Below are positions 46,284 through 55,507 of a stretch of DNA of 63,019 nt, one piece after another (position 1 is the stretch's first letter; every line of letters begins with the position of its first letter). Made by a program: the position numbers and the translations under genes. The notes beneath the pieces are model-generated. The model saw only the letters and a list, made by a program, of their open reading frames with translations. It made no database searches and was not told where the DNA came from. This DNA comes from a virus (lineage: Duplodnaviria > Caudoviricetes): positions 1-63,019 of the IMG/VR virus record IMGVR_UViG_3300039668_000014. One strand, given 5' to 3'.

Positions 46284-47183
46284 CTATTTGTGAAATAATC
46301 TGCACCACCCCTTTGGTGATATCTCACCCTTGACAATCTCGCAGCGACCCACCGCCTGCCAATGCAGGCAACGATCGCATAATTCGGGTGAATGGCCCTT
46401 GTCGGTATAGTCAACCGTAGACTGGCTTAGCTTGTCGGTTCCTTCCTCGATGCCGACTGTGGGGTCGTCGTCGGGCATCCAGAACTGGCAGCTGCGGTCC
46501 TCGCGAATAGATCCTGAAACAATGCTGCATCCGAAAATTGGCCCTTGATTAAGCACCTTCTTGTCGCGGTTGCGGCATGAATCACAGCGTCTGCCGCCAA
46601 GGCCGTAAGAGGTCTCGTGTTTGGATCGCTTGCGGGCATCGATGACATCGAGCCTCAATAACTGCTCGAGGATGGCCTCGTCTTCCGCGCCAGCCTCATA
46701 ATTGTATACACCACACCAGGCATCCAACGGCGGCTTCTTGATTGGGCGTTTGTAACAGCGCACCAGTGCCGGCCAGATGGCTTTCTCAACCTCGACTGGG
46801 TCGCAATTGAATATCCGGTAGATTTCATGTTCAGCCGCCAGCGCTCGATTATGCGCCGGCCAATAGTTGTCCACCGGGTTATCGCCGGTAATGATGGCAT
46901 TTTCAACCCGCTCGTGCTGTATCCAGCAGTTGATAAGCTGCTCGGGCTCAAGCCCGGTGGCCTTTAACTCGCCATCCATCACTTCTTGGTATAGCGTCCG
47001 GTCGATATAGACCGTGCTGCGGTCAAGGCTCATGCCTCCCGCAGCTGGCCAGTCGTAGGCGAAGCTTATCTCATAGGGCTGGTCGAACAGTAGCGGCGTA
47101 TCGTTGGCACCGAGGGCATGATAGAGGTCGTAAAGCGAGGTATCGCCTAACTCCCAGTCCTCAAGACGATGGCCGATGGACAC
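46284..47183 (-). CDS. protein with two HiPIP-like Cys4 motifs
   Basis: CDSC..C.IVSGSI....SC..W and CDRC..C.IVKGEISPKGWC..F. Confidence 0.6.
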   Translation of the reverse strand: MSIGHRLEDWELGDTSLYDLYHALGANDTPLLFDQPYEISFAYDWPAAGGMSLDRSTVYIDRTLYQEVMDGELKATGLEPEQLINCWIQHERVENAIITGDNPVDNYWPAHNRALAAEHEIYRIFNCDPVEVEKAIWPALVRCYKRPIKKPPLDAWCGVYNYEAGAEDEAILEQLLRLDVIDARKRSKHETSYGLGGRRCDSCRNRDKKVLNQGPIFGCSIVSGSIREDRSCQFWMPDDDPTVGIEEGTDKLSQSTVDYTDKGHSPELCDRCLHWQAVGRCEIVKGEISPKGWCRLFHK

Positions 47184-47184
47184 G

Positions 47185-47589
47185 TCACTTCTTGGGGGCC
47201 GGTGCCTTATCCGGTGCCTTGGCCGATACTGGCGCTGGAACCACTGGCGGCACGTCCGCTGGCATCGATTGGGTGTTGGCAGTTACCGCTATCGCAATAG
47301 CCTGGTCGTTACCGGCTAGCGTTGCCACAAGATTATCAAGCGCCGCCTGCGTAACCGGGTCAGTCGACGGTGGAAACGACTTGATAATTTGCGTCAGGTT
47401 GTTGAGCAGTTTAACCACCGAAGTGGTGGCGTCGGTGTTTGCCGCTACCTCGGCCGTAAGCTTATTCAGGTCGACAGCCATTGTCTTCTCCTTTGTGAGT
47501 ATCTGGTCTAGTAAACTAAGCATCCTCAGCTGGTTCGCGTGCAGCGTATCCAACAGACTGTATATGTCCGACCCCCACCACCAAGTCAT
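47185..47589 (-). CDS. hypothetical helical protein
   Basis: LTAEVAANTD...AIAVTANT. Confidence 0.55.
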   Translation of the reverse strand: MTWWWGSDIYSLLDTLHANQLRMLSLLDQILTKEKTMAVDLNKLTAEVAANTDATTSVVKLLNNLTQIIKSFPPSTDPVTQAALDNLVATLAGNDQAIAIAVTANTQSMPADVPPVVPAPVSAKAPDKAPAPKK

Positions 47590-47877
47590 TTGCGCTCAAA
47601 CCGTGGTTCTACGCTCACGGTTCCTCAAGATAACCGGGAAATCTACCTGGAATGAACCAAAATCGGGGAACACAAGATAGTCATAGCCGCCGCCTAGCAA
47701 GAGGTCGCGTATCTCGACATAGGCCTGTGGGCTCAGTTCCAATACTGGCGTTACTTCCGGCTTGACCCTCATCGTCCCCACACCGTTCGCCACAGAGCGA
47801 CGTTAAATGCCACGCCAGCCATGAAGCATAGGCTGTAAAACGCCAACCAGTCGCCAACTGTAAGCCCTGGCGGGGCC

Positions 47878-48222
47878 TTACGATGGTTCGAAAGTTGAAT
47901 GATAGAAGCGCTTGTCGTCATTGAGCAGCTTCCTGACTTTGGGGATGGGCGGGGGCTTCGGGAACCGCCGCCTTATCGGCTTGTCCCGACGAAAGTCATA
48001 GGCCTTGGGATGAATGCCGTTGGCAAGACATTGGTAATACCACCACACAGTGGCGCCCGAGCAGGGAACCAGTTTGGCAGTGGCATGGATCCCCTTGCCT
48101 TCCTTGTAGCAGGCAGCGATGAAATCAATCTTGTCCTGGGTAAGGGGCTTCGCCATGGTTACGCGAAGCTCCGTACCGAGTTTGGCATTGGGTCGTCCGA
48201 ACTCTTCATCAAATTGAGCCAT
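47878..48222 (-). CDS. HTH protein with coat-like N-terminal peptide
   Basis: GIHATAKLVPCSGATVWWY HTH-like; N-terminal QFDEEFGR..AKLG..LR. Confidence 0.5.
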   Translation of the reverse strand: MAQFDEEFGRPNAKLGTELRVTMAKPLTQDKIDFIAACYKEGKGIHATAKLVPCSGATVWWYYQCLANGIHPKAYDFRRDKPIRRRFPKPPPIPKVRKLLNDDKRFYHSTFEPS

Positions 48223-48413
48223 TTTACCACCAAGGATGACCTTCCGATGGAATGCAAAAAACCAGAGGACTATGCTGCTGGTCAGCAAAATTTTTCTTTA
48301 TTGCCTCTACAGCTGCTTTGCACCCTTCTTCGCTTGGATAAACTATCTTCAGGTCTGGCTTTGAATTCATCACAAGCAGTGTCCACATTATGGCCATTAC
48401 CATGATTCACCTT

Positions 48414-48644
48414 TCACCACAGTCCCCACTTGTCGTTCTTCTCTTGCTCGGTCGGTTCCGCACCACCCTCGGACTTCCACCGCGCATGATAGTCGTCGGC
48501 AATGGCGTTCATGACGCTGATTTGATATTCGGCCTTGGCCGGTTCCATCCGCTTGAACTCTATTAACCTCTTGTAATGACCGCGGCGCATCTTGGCCTCA
48601 CGGTCAGCACACCGCATCTTTTCGTAGGTCGTATACTCAGTCAT
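48414..48644 (-). CDS. small phage protein
   Basis: CADREAKMRR..Y..L....M....A..QI.VM.AI. Confidence 0.6.
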   Translation of the reverse strand: MTEYTTYEKMRCADREAKMRRGHYKRLIEFKRMEPAKAEYQISVMNAIADDYHARWKSEGGAEPTEQEKNDKWGLW

Positions 48645-48954
48645 CCCCAATATGCTGCGGGCGCACAAACCTCACAGTAATTCCCTCATGCTCAGCCCCA
48701 TTGCCCTTGCCATTTAGGCGGTCGCCAGTGATGTTCATGTTGATGCCGCCGTCGCTCGGGACCGCATAAAAATAACGTGCCACAGACTTGGCCATATCAC
48801 ATCGCAAATGCTTGTCTTCCTCTTCATCCCGCATGACGCTCAACATGAACTCAAGCGGGTCGAGGCCGCTTTCCAACAGCCCCGCCATATACTCGGCGGT
48901 ACGCTTATTGGTCGTGCCTTTCTGCCTACCGCCTGTTTTGATGCCCTTAGCCAT
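48637..48954 (-). CDS. terminase small subunit-like protein
   Basis: KTGGRQKGTTNK, PLEFMLSVM, AKSVARYF. Confidence 0.65.
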   Translation of the reverse strand: MAKGIKTGGRQKGTTNKRTAEYMAGLLESGLDPLEFMLSVMRDEEEDKHLRCDMAKSVARYFYAVPSDGGINMNITGDRLNGKGNGAEHEGITVRFVRPQHIGDD

Positions 48955-48991
48955 CTATAGATGCCTCTATCTCAATGTCGGGTGGACGACA

Positions 48992-49225
48992 CTACCTACC
49001 ATGGGGTAGTAACGAGAACCCGCCACTACCTATGAGGCAGCCCAGCAAACCGAATATGATGTATATCACCATGATGGCAATGATCGCCCATAGTACGATC
49101 GCTAGGATCTGAGCAAGCAGCGGGATACCGACCAAGGGCAGCAACAGCTTGATGATCGAGTAGATTGCTATTGCGATGATGACGAATACGCAAAGACGCT
49201 CAAGCCATTCCAGTGAGAAGCACAT
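48992..49225 (-). CDS. two-TM membrane protein
   Basis: Two hydrophobic helices. Confidence 0.55.
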   Translation of the reverse strand: MCFSLEWLERLCVFVIIAIAIYSIIKLLLPLVGIPLLAQILAIVLWAIIAIMVIYIIFGLLGCLIGSGGFSLLPHGR

Positions 49226-49227
49226 GC

Positions 49228-49611
49228 CTACCTCCGAACCCATCCGTGGTTGAATGTTCGTTTCCAGTCCGATTCCCTTGACCCAAGCATTGGCCGCTTG
49301 GATTTCTTTGCCTTAATTCGTTTATTTATAATCCGTTTGGTTTTGGCGATGTTTTTAATATCGTGCTTTGTTTTGGCTTTATGACATTGGCGGCATAGAA
49401 GCTGACAATTGTCGAGTTCGGCCCTGTCGTCGGCGCCGAAGAAGTCGGGGTCAATATGGTCGTAATGGAATTCGGCGAACTCAAGCGGTGCCTGGCAGCG
49501 CCGTGAAATTAAGTTGCCACCGGTCCATAGGAATATCGTGGCCTCACAAAAACCATTCGCCCGCTCCCAGGCTTGCTTCCTAGTGCGGGCGTTGAATTCG
49601 CGGCGGCTCAT
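49228..49611 (-). CDS. HNH endonuclease
   Basis: YDHIDP...NCQLLCRQCHKAKT. Confidence 0.85.
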   Translation of the reverse strand: MSRREFNARTRKQAWERANGFCEATIFLWTGGNLISRRCQAPLEFAEFHYDHIDPDFFGADDRAELDNCQLLCRQCHKAKTKHDIKNIAKTKRIINKRIKAKKSKRPMLGSRESDWKRTFNHGWVRR

Positions 49612-49857
49612 GCTATTTCAATGGCTTGGAAGGTCCTCGGAAGGTAAAAACCCACGCTACCGCCGACACCCTCGCTCGATTTTATCGACGATTCAATCGG
49701 TTCTTCAGCCGTATCTGTCGCCTTATCTACATGCCCTAGTAGCATCTGTCAAGTTCCCTACCATGGAAGGTGGCCGCCCCACCCAAACGGTTCGGCGTTG
49801 GTGAGGCGGCCCCGGCTTTGTCTAGGTGCGGTGGACCTGTACTCCATCGACAAGCCG

Positions 49858-50106
49858 TCATCCTGCCCTGACGGCATGGGCCTTCTTACGAAGCTCAGCA
49901 AGACCGTTGACAAGCGTTTTGCCCAAAATCAAATCAACTTCCTTACTCTTGCCTTGGCGCACCAATAGATTGGTAAATATTCGCCGTGCCCCTTCGGTGC
50001 GATCAATATCACCCCATTCCTTCGCAATTACCTCGTCGATTAACTTAGTATAGCCGGCTGGGAGGGCCACCAACCAGCGCTCTTCGTACATCTTTTTACG
50101 CCCCAT
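49858..50106 (-). CDS. small putative DNA-binding regulator
   Basis: Divergent from the rightward unit; RHH-like pattern. Confidence 0.45.
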   Translation of the reverse strand: MGRKKMYEERWLVALPAGYTKLIDEVIAKEWGDIDRTEGARRIFTNLLVRQGKSKEVDLILGKTLVNGLAELRKKAHAVRAG

Positions 50107-50121
50107 ACCGCATATTCCTTA

Positions 50122-50162
50122 TTGACATCACCTTACCCTATATACAATACATAGAATGTCAA
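50122..50162. promoter_or_regulatory. overlapping opposed promoters / inverted TTGACAT repeat
   Basis: TTGACAT-N27-ATGTCAA with TACAAT between, at a strand switch. Confidence 0.5.
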
Positions 50163-50387
50163 GTGAATGGGGGATGAAATGCGCTTTGCAATAATCTGCG
50201 CCACTTTGGCCGCGCTCTTAATCGAATATTATGACGCACCAAGCTACACACCGACTTACCCTCTCCGCATCATGCTGGCCTCATGCCAAAATTTCTGCGA
50301 GTTCCCATGAACGACCGAGCAATGCTTCTATGCATGATTGGGTCCTTGACTCAGGATCATTCCAAAACCCGATGGACGGAGGACAAA

Positions 50388-50600
50388 ATGCGCTTTGATT
50401 ATATCGGCGAAGACGGCAGTAGGCGAGTTTTCGAGACCAGAAGCGGCCGTAAAATACTGACCTATTACGACCCGCCGCCAACCCCTATCCGCGATCACGA
50501 CTGGCATGCGGTAGATGATAATTATGAACCAGGCTGCCCAATCGGCTACGGCGCCACTGAAGACGCGGCCATTCTAGACCTCTTGGTGCAATATGAGTAA
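50388..50600 (+). CDS. small hypothetical protein
   Basis: GGAGGA RBS; PIGYGATEDAAI. Confidence 0.55.
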   Translation: MRFDYIGEDGSRRVFETRSGRKILTYYDPPPTPIRDHDWHAVDDNYEPGCPIGYGATEDAAILDLLVQYE

Positions 50601-50731
50601 CGCCCTTCGATACACCCTCGCCCTCGGCATCCTTATTATCCTATCCCAAGCACTCACGTGGGCACTGCATATCCCTACCTTCGCCGAGCGCTTCCAGCCC
50701 GCAATCGACCATCCACTAAAGCAAATGAGTT

Positions 50732-51589
50732 ATGCCCGTGACGGATTCTGCTTTCCCCACAAGTGCCGAGTCGTTTAAACCCTTCCTGCGGCTATTACGA
50801 CCTCGGCAATGGATTAAAAACGCCTTCGTGTTGACTGGGTTGCTGTTCGTCAAGCACCGCGACCCAGTCGACTATCTCAATGCCGCATTAGCATTCTGTG
50901 CTTTCTGCTTCGCGGCTAGTGCTGTCTACATTTTCAACGATATCCACGACCTCGAAGCCGACCGCCAGCATCCAATCAAGTCACAGCGCCCATTGGCAGC
51001 TGGATTGGTCGACCGCTTCGATGCCGAGATTATTGCATTTACGCTGAGCGCTTTAGCCCTGCTATTTGCCGAATTCATAGACGGATGGGCCGCTCCCGCC
51101 ATTATACTGGCCTACCTCGCAATCAATGTGGCCTATACTCTGAAGCTTAAATATATCCCGATTCTCGACGCTTTCATAATCGCCTTCGGCTTCATGCTGC
51201 GTATTCTCATTGGCACTTATGCCATCGGGATTGCGGCATCAGACTGGTTATTGCTTACTGGCATGGCGTTGACACTGTTCCTGGCCTTCTGCAAGCGTCA
51301 GGCCGAAGGCCGTTATGAATGCCAGCAATTCATTACCATTACCGCCGGCTGCACCATCCTGACCTATGCGCTCTATACCACTGCCCCAGAAACGGTCGCC
51401 TATCACCATACCCATGCCCTGCTCTATACCACCCCATTCGTGATTTACGGCGTCCTGCGCTATCTCACGCTCGCTGGCGACGATGCCAGCAAGCACATCA
51501 CCACCGACCCATACCTAATAGGAGCTTGTGTCCTATGGCTATGCTCTGTGTTGGCAATCAACGTAGCTACAGCGATGTCTGTAGGCTAG
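50732..51589 (+). CDS. UbiA-family polyprenyl-phosphate phosphoribosyltransferase (DPPR synthase-like)
   Basis: LRPRQWIKN, YIFNDIHDLEADRQHPIKSQRP, AYTLKLK, GFMLR, KRQAE. Confidence 0.88.
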   Translation: MPVTDSAFPTSAESFKPFLRLLRPRQWIKNAFVLTGLLFVKHRDPVDYLNAALAFCAFCFAASAVYIFNDIHDLEADRQHPIKSQRPLAAGLVDRFDAEIIAFTLSALALLFAEFIDGWAAPAIILAYLAINVAYTLKLKYIPILDAFIIAFGFMLRILIGTYAIGIAASDWLLLTGMALTLFLAFCKRQAEGRYECQQFITITAGCTILTYALYTTAPETVAYHHTHALLYTTPFVIYGVLRYLTLAGDDASKHITTDPYLIGACVLWLCSVLAINVATAMSVG

Positions 51590-52377
51590 ACGGCGGCGAT
51601 ATCGTTCGATCCGGTAAGCATATCCATTTTTTCAATAAGAATAATGGCGTACTATCTTGCGAGGCTGGGCTTTCCATCAATGAACTACTACCGCTTATCA
51701 CCGCACACGGTTGGATGTTCCCGGTGGTTCCGGGCACGTCTCACGCTACTATAGGCGGCTGCATTGCCAATGATGTACATGGCAAAAACCAGCAAACCAT
51801 GGGTTCGTTTGGCCATCATATCATCTATATGAAGATGGCAAACTATGGCCCATTAATGGACCCTTGTTTCCCATTATTCCAAGCGACAGTCGGCGGACTC
51901 GGCCTAACCGGCAAGATAGACTGTGTGACATTGCAGCTTTACCGACCATCGCATTTCTTTATGCCATACTATTTTCCGCTCGATTATATTCCCTACTATT
52001 GGCCGCTTTATAAGCGATTAGGCTTTTGGCAATTTCATTGTGTGGTGCCGCCTAATGCGGTTAAGAAAGTCTTTCTCGGTCTCAGTCAGCCACCGTTCCT
52101 TATTGTGCGCAAAACCTTCGGCGATATAAGCTCGGTAGGCATGCTCTCTTTCTGCCGACCAGGGATAGGTCTCTCGTTTGACTTTGTGCATAAGAATGCT
52201 GTCCTGGCCAGAAAGCTCGAAAACATAGTCATAGAGGCTGGAGGGGCATGCTACCCTGCCAAGTACTCTATGTCGACCGACATGTTTCATCATTCATTTC
52301 CCCGCTGGCGAGAGTTTGCCAAATACGTTGACCCCGGCTTTTCCTCTAACTTCTGGCGTCGGGTGAGTTCTGAATAG
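51535..52377 (+). CDS. compact DprE1-like FAD-dependent oxidoreductase
   Basis: GNQRSYSD, VVPGTSHATIGGCIANDVHGKN, ATVGGLGLTG, YPAK, FSSNFWRR. Confidence 0.8.
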   Translation: MAMLCVGNQRSYSDVCRLDGGDIVRSGKHIHFFNKNNGVLSCEAGLSINELLPLITAHGWMFPVVPGTSHATIGGCIANDVHGKNQQTMGSFGHHIIYMKMANYGPLMDPCFPLFQATVGGLGLTGKIDCVTLQLYRPSHFFMPYYFPLDYIPYYWPLYKRLGFWQFHCVVPPNAVKKVFLGLSQPPFLIVRKTFGDISSVGMLSFCRPGIGLSFDFVHKNAVLARKLENIVIEAGGACYPAKYSMSTDMFHHSFPRWREFAKYVDPGFSSNFWRRVSSE

Positions 52378-53601
52378 CAGTTCGCGATAGCCGCCAGAAC
52401 AAATATCAAAGACCAAGCTTTCCTCGGGGAGCTCAAGATATTGGACCGGCAGACCCATATTGGTGAGATAGCTGAGATCGAATCGCAGGATATAGTTTCC
52501 GTCCTGGCGAACCACATCGCGCGACCACGCCATGCGCTTGGAATCGTCGCAGCGTATATTGCTGGTCAGGAAATAATCGGCATTATCCTTTAAGTATTCA
52601 GCAACCCGACCAGGTCGCAAATAATTATCCAGATAAGCCCAAGAATTAACAAGCCCATCACCACTAAGGAATCTGCGTCCAGTGGTAATCGCCAGTTTGC
52701 CACTAAGGTCCTCCATGAAGATGCGGTCGGTCGGCTTGGTGGCCGCTTTAATTGGCGCGACAAATCCCTCAAAGGTCCAGTGGGTATCACCTATCATTCT
52801 CCCTGCCATTATCACGGTCGTCAGCAATAACGGGGCCAGATACCAACCGCCCATGGCCCGGTCCTTGAGAATATACAGGCTGAGCATCAACAGGCAGGCG
52901 ATAAATCCGGAGACCAGCACGTCGTTCCCTCGCTTCCTCCAATACAGACATGCACCTAGCACAGTAATCTGCAATGTCGGAAAGTAATACTCGTTCACTA
53001 AGCGGATATTGTCCCATATCGCACTCCAGTCATTCCATCCATAACCAGCCTTCAGGGCGCCACTGACCGCAAGAAAATGTCCATCGACGTACCAATTTAA
53101 CAAGCTTACCATCAACGCTGCGCATATTCCGCCAATAAGAGGGCGGGGCATCCGTAGGAATATCGAAACTATTGCCACCAATATTAACAGGTCTATTCGG
53201 CACATCACTAGGGCAAAGCCTGTTATTGCCGCTGGCATCAAGTAGAACGCAGCCAGCATCGCCATCACTAAGTGGCTTTCCATCAACCATTGGCCTCGAC
53301 TCCCCAGCAACAGCACCAGAAACACGGCGGCAAGCGCGCCGTTTCGACCACCGATAGACAGGCTTGTGAGCCAGGCAGCAATGAATAGGCAAATAAAGTA
53401 TAGGGCGGCCGCGGGCTCAAAGTCGCCTCCCCACAACCGAAGCCATCCGGCCAGGAGCAAGACCCATCCCCAGTGCATGCCGGTAGTCGGGTGAACGCCA
53501 TCGAACGTGGCACCTTGCCCTTGCGCGATGTTCTTCGCGATTTGGAGATAGAAGGCACCATCCTCTCCTGTATGGGCAACGATGTAGTCATGCAGCCACA
53601 C
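52294..53601 (-). CDS. GT-C-like multi-TM glycosyltransferase
   Basis: EDGAFYLQIAKNIAQGQGATFDG..TTG.H; MES; RID; DGLVN. Confidence 0.65.
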   Translation of the reverse strand: MWLHDYIVAHTGEDGAFYLQIAKNIAQGQGATFDGVHPTTGMHWGWVLLLAGWLRLWGGDFEPAAALYFICLFIAAWLTSLSIGGRNGALAAVFLVLLLGSRGQWLMESHLVMAMLAAFYLMPAAITGFALVMCRIDLLILVAIVSIFLRMPRPLIGGICAALMVSLLNWYVDGHFLAVSGALKAGYGWNDWSAIWDNIRLVNEYYFPTLQITVLGACLYWRKRGNDVLVSGFIACLLMLSLYILKDRAMGGWYLAPLLLTTVIMAGRMIGDTHWTFEGFVAPIKAATKPTDRIFMEDLSGKLAITTGRRFLSGDGLVNSWAYLDNYLRPGRVAEYLKDNADYFLTSNIRCDDSKRMAWSRDVVRQDGNYILRFDLSYLTNMGLPVQYLELPEESLVFDICSGGYRELLFRTHPTPEVRGKAGVNVFGKLSPAGK

Positions 53602-54101
53602 TAGGCCACTGCAGCGAATGGTGCCGTGGATAGCTTCATGAACGGCACGACTAACTTATTAGACCGACCGAATAATGTGATGAATACCTCGGCCCGTTTA
53701 TGGTCTAATGGTTCGCCGAATAACGCCTCAACGCCGGTTCCCTTAATCTTCACCCTCTCGCCTTTCTTGAACCTGCAGACGAACTCTGGCGGCAATTGAA
53801 TAACGCCATGCCGTTCGCGTGCCTTGAGATCCTCGATAACCGCGCCGGAAAGCGACTGCGGCGCCTCGCCAACACACAGCAACGAGCGCATCCCTATCGT
53901 ATGCTTCACACACAGCCATGCCTGCGTCAGGTCGAGTTGGATAAAGATATAGGACGGCAGAAACGGCCTCAGTCTCGGGAATCTGCACCATTCGTTGACG
54001 TACATTGGCAAATAAGTCTCAAAGTGTTGCCGCCTTAAATGCCGCTCTGCAATTGTTTCCTGCCCTTGCTTGGTCTTGCCGACAAACCATTGTTTAGCCA
54101 T
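53601..54101 (-). CDS. NusG/RfaH-like antiterminator
   Basis: WFVGKTKQGQE, PFLPSYIFI, TIGM, FKKGERVKI, LFGR. Confidence 0.85.
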   Translation of the reverse strand: MAKQWFVGKTKQGQETIAERHLRRQHFETYLPMYVNEWCRFPRLRPFLPSYIFIQLDLTQAWLCVKHTIGMRSLLCVGEAPQSLSGAVIEDLKARERHGVIQLPPEFVCRFKKGERVKIKGTGVEALFGEPLDHKRAEVFITLFGRSNKLVVPFMKLSTAPFAAVA

Positions 54102-54275
54102 TCAACCCCCATGCGTTGCATTACACCTCCAGCTCATAATAGGCCGATTCAACCTCGGCATAAGCCTCAACCCATTCCTCACTACCCAAGCGGGCATCCA
54201 GCAACTTACCAACAGCAACCTCGAGCCTTTGATACAACTCAAGCGCTTCAGTGCTAACTGTGGTTAGTGGTGTGT

Positions 54276-55073
54276 TCACGCCCGCCTCAAATAACCATTC
54301 GCGTTGGCCGTGACATTGCGGCCGTAATGGTCGCAGTATTTCCCGTCGACCTCATAACACCCCGGATGATCGGCGAGAAACTGTGCGATTGCAAGTGCAG
54401 GGCCGCCCTCACGCTTGCCCTCCCAATCCATGCCCGCCTCAGTCAGGAACCCATCCTCGACCACGAGATAGTCGCCCTTCTCCATGAACTGGTGAATATA
54501 ATCCAAGCAGCGCTTGGTCTTCGATGCATTATGGCTGGCGTCGTTGATGAAGAACCATGGGTGCGGCAGGTCCTCAAATACATCATGCAGCGGCTGAAGG
54601 TATTCTTCGTCACCCTGCAGGAAGCGCACATTGGCACCGCAGAAATATGGCCGCTTCGGCGGTTCCAAATCAATAGACACCACCAGTCCCGGCAGCTTCC
54701 ATAGCGTCATCATGTCACCGAACCAACCCGCAGTGCCGCCATCGCGCGAACCAATCTCGATAACCGATCTTGGTTTAAGTTCCCACAACAGCTTCATATA
54801 CAGCGCCAAGTCTATCGGGTGCTTTATCATCCGCACCCCGCGATATGTATATTTAATGGCGCCGTTGATTAGCGAGACATGCAGTTTGGGCGGAATATCG
54901 GTGCGCCATGTGCGGCCGTGTATGGGCGGAATACGGCGTTCTATACCGCCGCGGAGCCATGCCCGATACGGCTTCATCGTCCACCATGCCATACTGCGGT
55001 AAATGGAGATGAGCCTGTCCTTCTGCCGTCTGTTCAGCGATTGTGCAGCCAATGCCCTTACACCCTGCGCCAT
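54276..55073 (-). CDS. CmcI-family (rhamnosyl O-methyltransferase-like) methyltransferase
   Basis: YRGVRMIKHPIDL, IEIGSRDGG, DASH, GDYLVVEDG, NGYLRR. Confidence 0.85.
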   Translation of the reverse strand: MAQGVRALAAQSLNRRQKDRLISIYRSMAWWTMKPYRAWLRGGIERRIPPIHGRTWRTDIPPKLHVSLINGAIKYTYRGVRMIKHPIDLALYMKLLWELKPRSVIEIGSRDGGTAGWFGDMMTLWKLPGLVVSIDLEPPKRPYFCGANVRFLQGDEEYLQPLHDVFEDLPHPWFFINDASHNASKTKRCLDYIHQFMEKGDYLVVEDGFLTEAGMDWEGKREGGPALAIAQFLADHPGCYEVDGKYCDHYGRNVTANANGYLRRA

Positions 55074-55258
55074 GCCCGCAACCTCTTCGCCTTCGCCTGG
55101 TAATCGATATCATCGAAATGCCGCGCGATAGCACGGTAGGCAGCAATGTCCTCGACCAGGTCACCAAAGGCCTCGGTCAGGCCCATAACGCCGAGTTCTA
55201 CCATGTCATGGCGCGCAGATGCCCGTGCCAGAAACGTCAAGCGTGGATCAGGCCTCAT
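55058..55258 (-). CDS. small hypothetical protein
   Basis: Coupled ORF. Confidence 0.45.
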   Translation of the reverse strand: MRPDPRLTFLARASARHDMVELGVMGLTEAFGDLVEDIAAYRAIARHFDDIDYQAKAKRLRAWRRV

Positions 55259-55266
55259 AGTTCAGT

Positions 55267-55479
55267 TTAATTCCCTATCAATGCGGGCGGTGGCGGCATG
55301 TCGTCTATCAGTTCTACACCAGCCAGCGTACCGTCATCGGCGATGTCGATTATTGCTTTAACCTCGCGCTGTTTGGTATATGGTCCCGGCGTGCGACCGC
55401 CGACCGCAAAATAGTAGAGTGGACCCGCCACAGGCTCGCTTTCGTCGCAAGTAAAGTATGCCTCTCGTCTCCATTGCAT
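55267..55479 (-). CDS. DUF2283-like small protein
   Basis: IIDIADDGTLAGVELID. Confidence 0.5.
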   Translation of the reverse strand: MQWRREAYFTCDESEPVAGPLYYFAVGGRTPGPYTKQREVKAIIDIADDGTLAGVELIDDMPPPPALIGN

Positions 55480-55507
55480 CGGTTAATCCTTCATCAATCG
55501 TAGGCGG

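Noticed and set aside
51319-51534. N-terminal 72 aa of the 352-aa oxidase ORF
   Set aside because: Overlaps UbiA; the RBS and FAD-binding motif support a start at 51535
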